The notes below the pieces were generated by a model. It did no database searches. It had not been told where the DNA came from and saw nothing but the letters and a program-made list of their open reading frames with translations. DNA of 64,000 nt from Saccharofermentanales bacterium (GTDB lineage Bacteria > Bacillota > Clostridia > Saccharofermentanales > DTU023), in assembly GCA_041655695.1 (NCBI GenBank), contig JBBAEW010000001.1, positions 30,999 to 94,998 of the forward strand, read 5' to 3'. The translations under genes were made by a program, and so were the position numbers. Each line of letters starts with the position of its first letter. Position 1 is the first letter of the stretch. Of this stretch, positions 62,754 to 64,000 are shown piece after piece.

Positions 62754-64000
62754 TCAAAGCCCCAGCTGCTGCCTGGCTTTGATGTAGTCTTGGGGTGTAT
62801 CCAGATCCAGGCCGCCCTGCCAGTCGGGGTCGGGGATCTCCATGATGGCTTCCTGGTGGCGGCCCAGGATCTGACGGCCGCCCGCGTCACCCGTAAGCAG
62901 AGATAATTCCGGATAGTAGAGCCGGTCAAAGAGTACGGGTGAGGACCGGTGACCCTGGCGGACAGGGACCATGATCTGCCCCTCCTCATGGGCCTCCAGG
63001 AGATGGCGGATCAGGCGGGGGGAGATCAGGGGCTGATCGCCCGGGACAAAGAAACAGACACGGCTTTGCGGGTCCAGCTCCTGGACCCCGCAGGCAACCG
63101 ATGTCCCCTGGCCCTCCCGGTAGCGGTCGTTTGTGACAAGGGCGGTCCGGATTCGTCCGGCCTTCTTCCCTGCCAGCAAAGGTTTCAGGTTTTCCCTTAT
63201 TTTTTCGCTGTCATGGCCGGTTACAATGACAAGATCACTGATGGGCTGATCCAGAAGCTGCCGGACGGTCCGGGAGATAACTGTTTCCTCCCCCAGTTTG
63301 AGGAGGAGTTTGTTTGCCCCCTCCATGCGGCTGGAAAGGCCGGCCGCCAGGACCAGGGCTGAGATGACGGGGGATGTCCGCCCCTCCTGCCGGCAGCTAT
63401 AGAACGTTCTTGATTCAGAGTCGGTCCGGCCCTGAAAGAAAAGAGCGTCGACCCGGTCCATGGCCAGCAGTTCTTTGGCCAGGGCCTCCAGACGTTCAGG
63501 GGTCCGGTCTTCCGGACGCAGGTGGTCGCATTGATTAAAGACCAGGGCGACTTTGCTGGAAAGGGGAATACCTTTCCAGAAATGACCGCTTTTAAGAAGG
63601 CGGAGCAGGTGACCAAAAAGGACAGGCTGTCCCTGCTTAAGGCCGGCTTTTTCCGAGAAGATCCCGCTTCGATGGACCAGGCTTTCATCCAGAGGCTGGC
63701 CCAGGGCCGAGAGGCCGAAAACGATCAGGGTCAAATCCGTTGTTCTGGGAATGACCGGTTCGTGGGGGGCATGTGCCTTGAGGGCTTTGCGCTTGGAGCC
63801 GTCCGCCTCGCAAAGGATCAGGGAGGACGAATCCGAGAGGCGGCGGCGGTCCCTGACCCAGCCGTCCAGGAGGTCCCGGTCAATACCCTGATACTTGCCT
63901 GGTATCTCCTGCAGGGCAGATCCCAGCCAAAGGCCGGACCGGCCGTCCGGTTCAGGAAGCAATTTTGTCAGATCCGGGTTCTCTTTCTGTTTTGGGGTCA
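62754..64000 (-). CDS. YqeC-like selenium-cofactor accessory domain fused to MobA/MocA-like molybdenum cofactor nucleotidyltransferase (5' end outside window)
   Basis: The ORF frame stays open to the window edge. The N-terminal part (CEADGSKRKALKAHAPHEPVIP) resembles YqeC. Residues ~198-402 (nt 62757..63371) show the NTP_transf_3 pattern LVLAAGLSSRMEGANKLLL...VPGDQPLI. Confidence 0.6.
   Translation of the reverse strand, partial: TPKQKENPDLTKLLPEPDGRSGLWLGSALQEIPGKYQGIDRDLLDGWVRDRRRLSDSSSLILCEADGSKRKALKAHAPHEPVIPRTTDLTLIVFGLSALGQPLDESLVHRSGIFSEKAGLKQGQPVLFGHLLRLLKSGHFWKGIPLSSKVALVFNQCDHLRPEDRTPERLEALAKELLAMDRVDALFFQGRTDSESRTFYSCRQEGRTSPVISALVLAAGLSSRMEGANKLLLKLGEETVISRTVRQLLDQPISDLVIVTGHDSEKIRENLKPLLAGKKAGRIRTALVTNDRYREGQGTSVACGVQELDPQSRVCFFVPGDQPLISPRLIRHLLEAHEEGQIMVPVRQGHRSSPVLFDRLYYPELSLLTGDAGGRQILGRHQEAIMEIPDPDWQGGLDLDTPQDYIKARQQLGL

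Noticed and set aside
1-64000. Scan for CRISPR arrays, tRNA/rRNA genes, IS elements and toxin-antitoxin or defence-type gene pairs.
   Set aside because: I saw no regularly spaced direct repeats, no cloverleaf-like or rRNA-like segments in intergenic regions, and no nuclease, ATPase or methylase combinations typical of defence systems.

Overview
This is a chromosomal window of about 60% GC outside one island. It comes from a Gram-positive-type, probably Clostridia-class anaerobe, judging by strong AGGAGG-type Shine-Dalgarno sites, a CIRCE element, a SipW/TasA-type operon and the str operon rpsL-rpsG-fusA-tuf. Most genes are ordinary metabolism and transport: pckG, an aminotransferase, a glycerol module (glpA-like, FAD partner, DUF1667, glpK), maf, cyclophilin, a polysaccharide deacetylase, an AmmeMemoRadiSam trio, a GntR-ABC module, pntAA-pntAB-pntB, an OYE-type flavoenzyme, deoC, ahcY, an ABC exporter and a BMP-type ABC importer. 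Five things stand out. (1) pntB encodes 872 aa with one membrane domain followed by three tandem, diverged, motif-intact NADP(H)-binding dIII domains, and a strong intrinsic terminator sits between pntAA and pntAB. (2) An ArsC/Spx-family gene has an in-frame TGA exactly at the first Cys of the CxxC motif and a SECIS-like GGU-loop hairpin downstream. It lies directly behind a YqeC-MocA fusion, a marker of selenium-dependent molybdenum hydroxylase maturation. (3) An approximately 8.7-kb low-GC island (about 37-43% GC in sampled lines) lies just upstream of rpsL. It carries a three-subunit xanthine-dehydrogenase-family molybdoenzyme behind a terminator-containing leader, two tandem FAH-family paralogues, an Nramp-like carrier lacking the metal-binding DPGN motif, and a DUF2294 protein. 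(4) A SipW signal peptidase operon has three cognate TasA/camelysin-type substrates, one carrying an inserted lamin-tail domain. (5) Three tandem TSUP (TauE/SafE) permease paralogues sit in front of an M20 amidohydrolase. I recognised no rRNA, tRNA, CRISPR array, transposase or integrase. Many long antisense ORFs in the track are GC-driven shadow ORFs.
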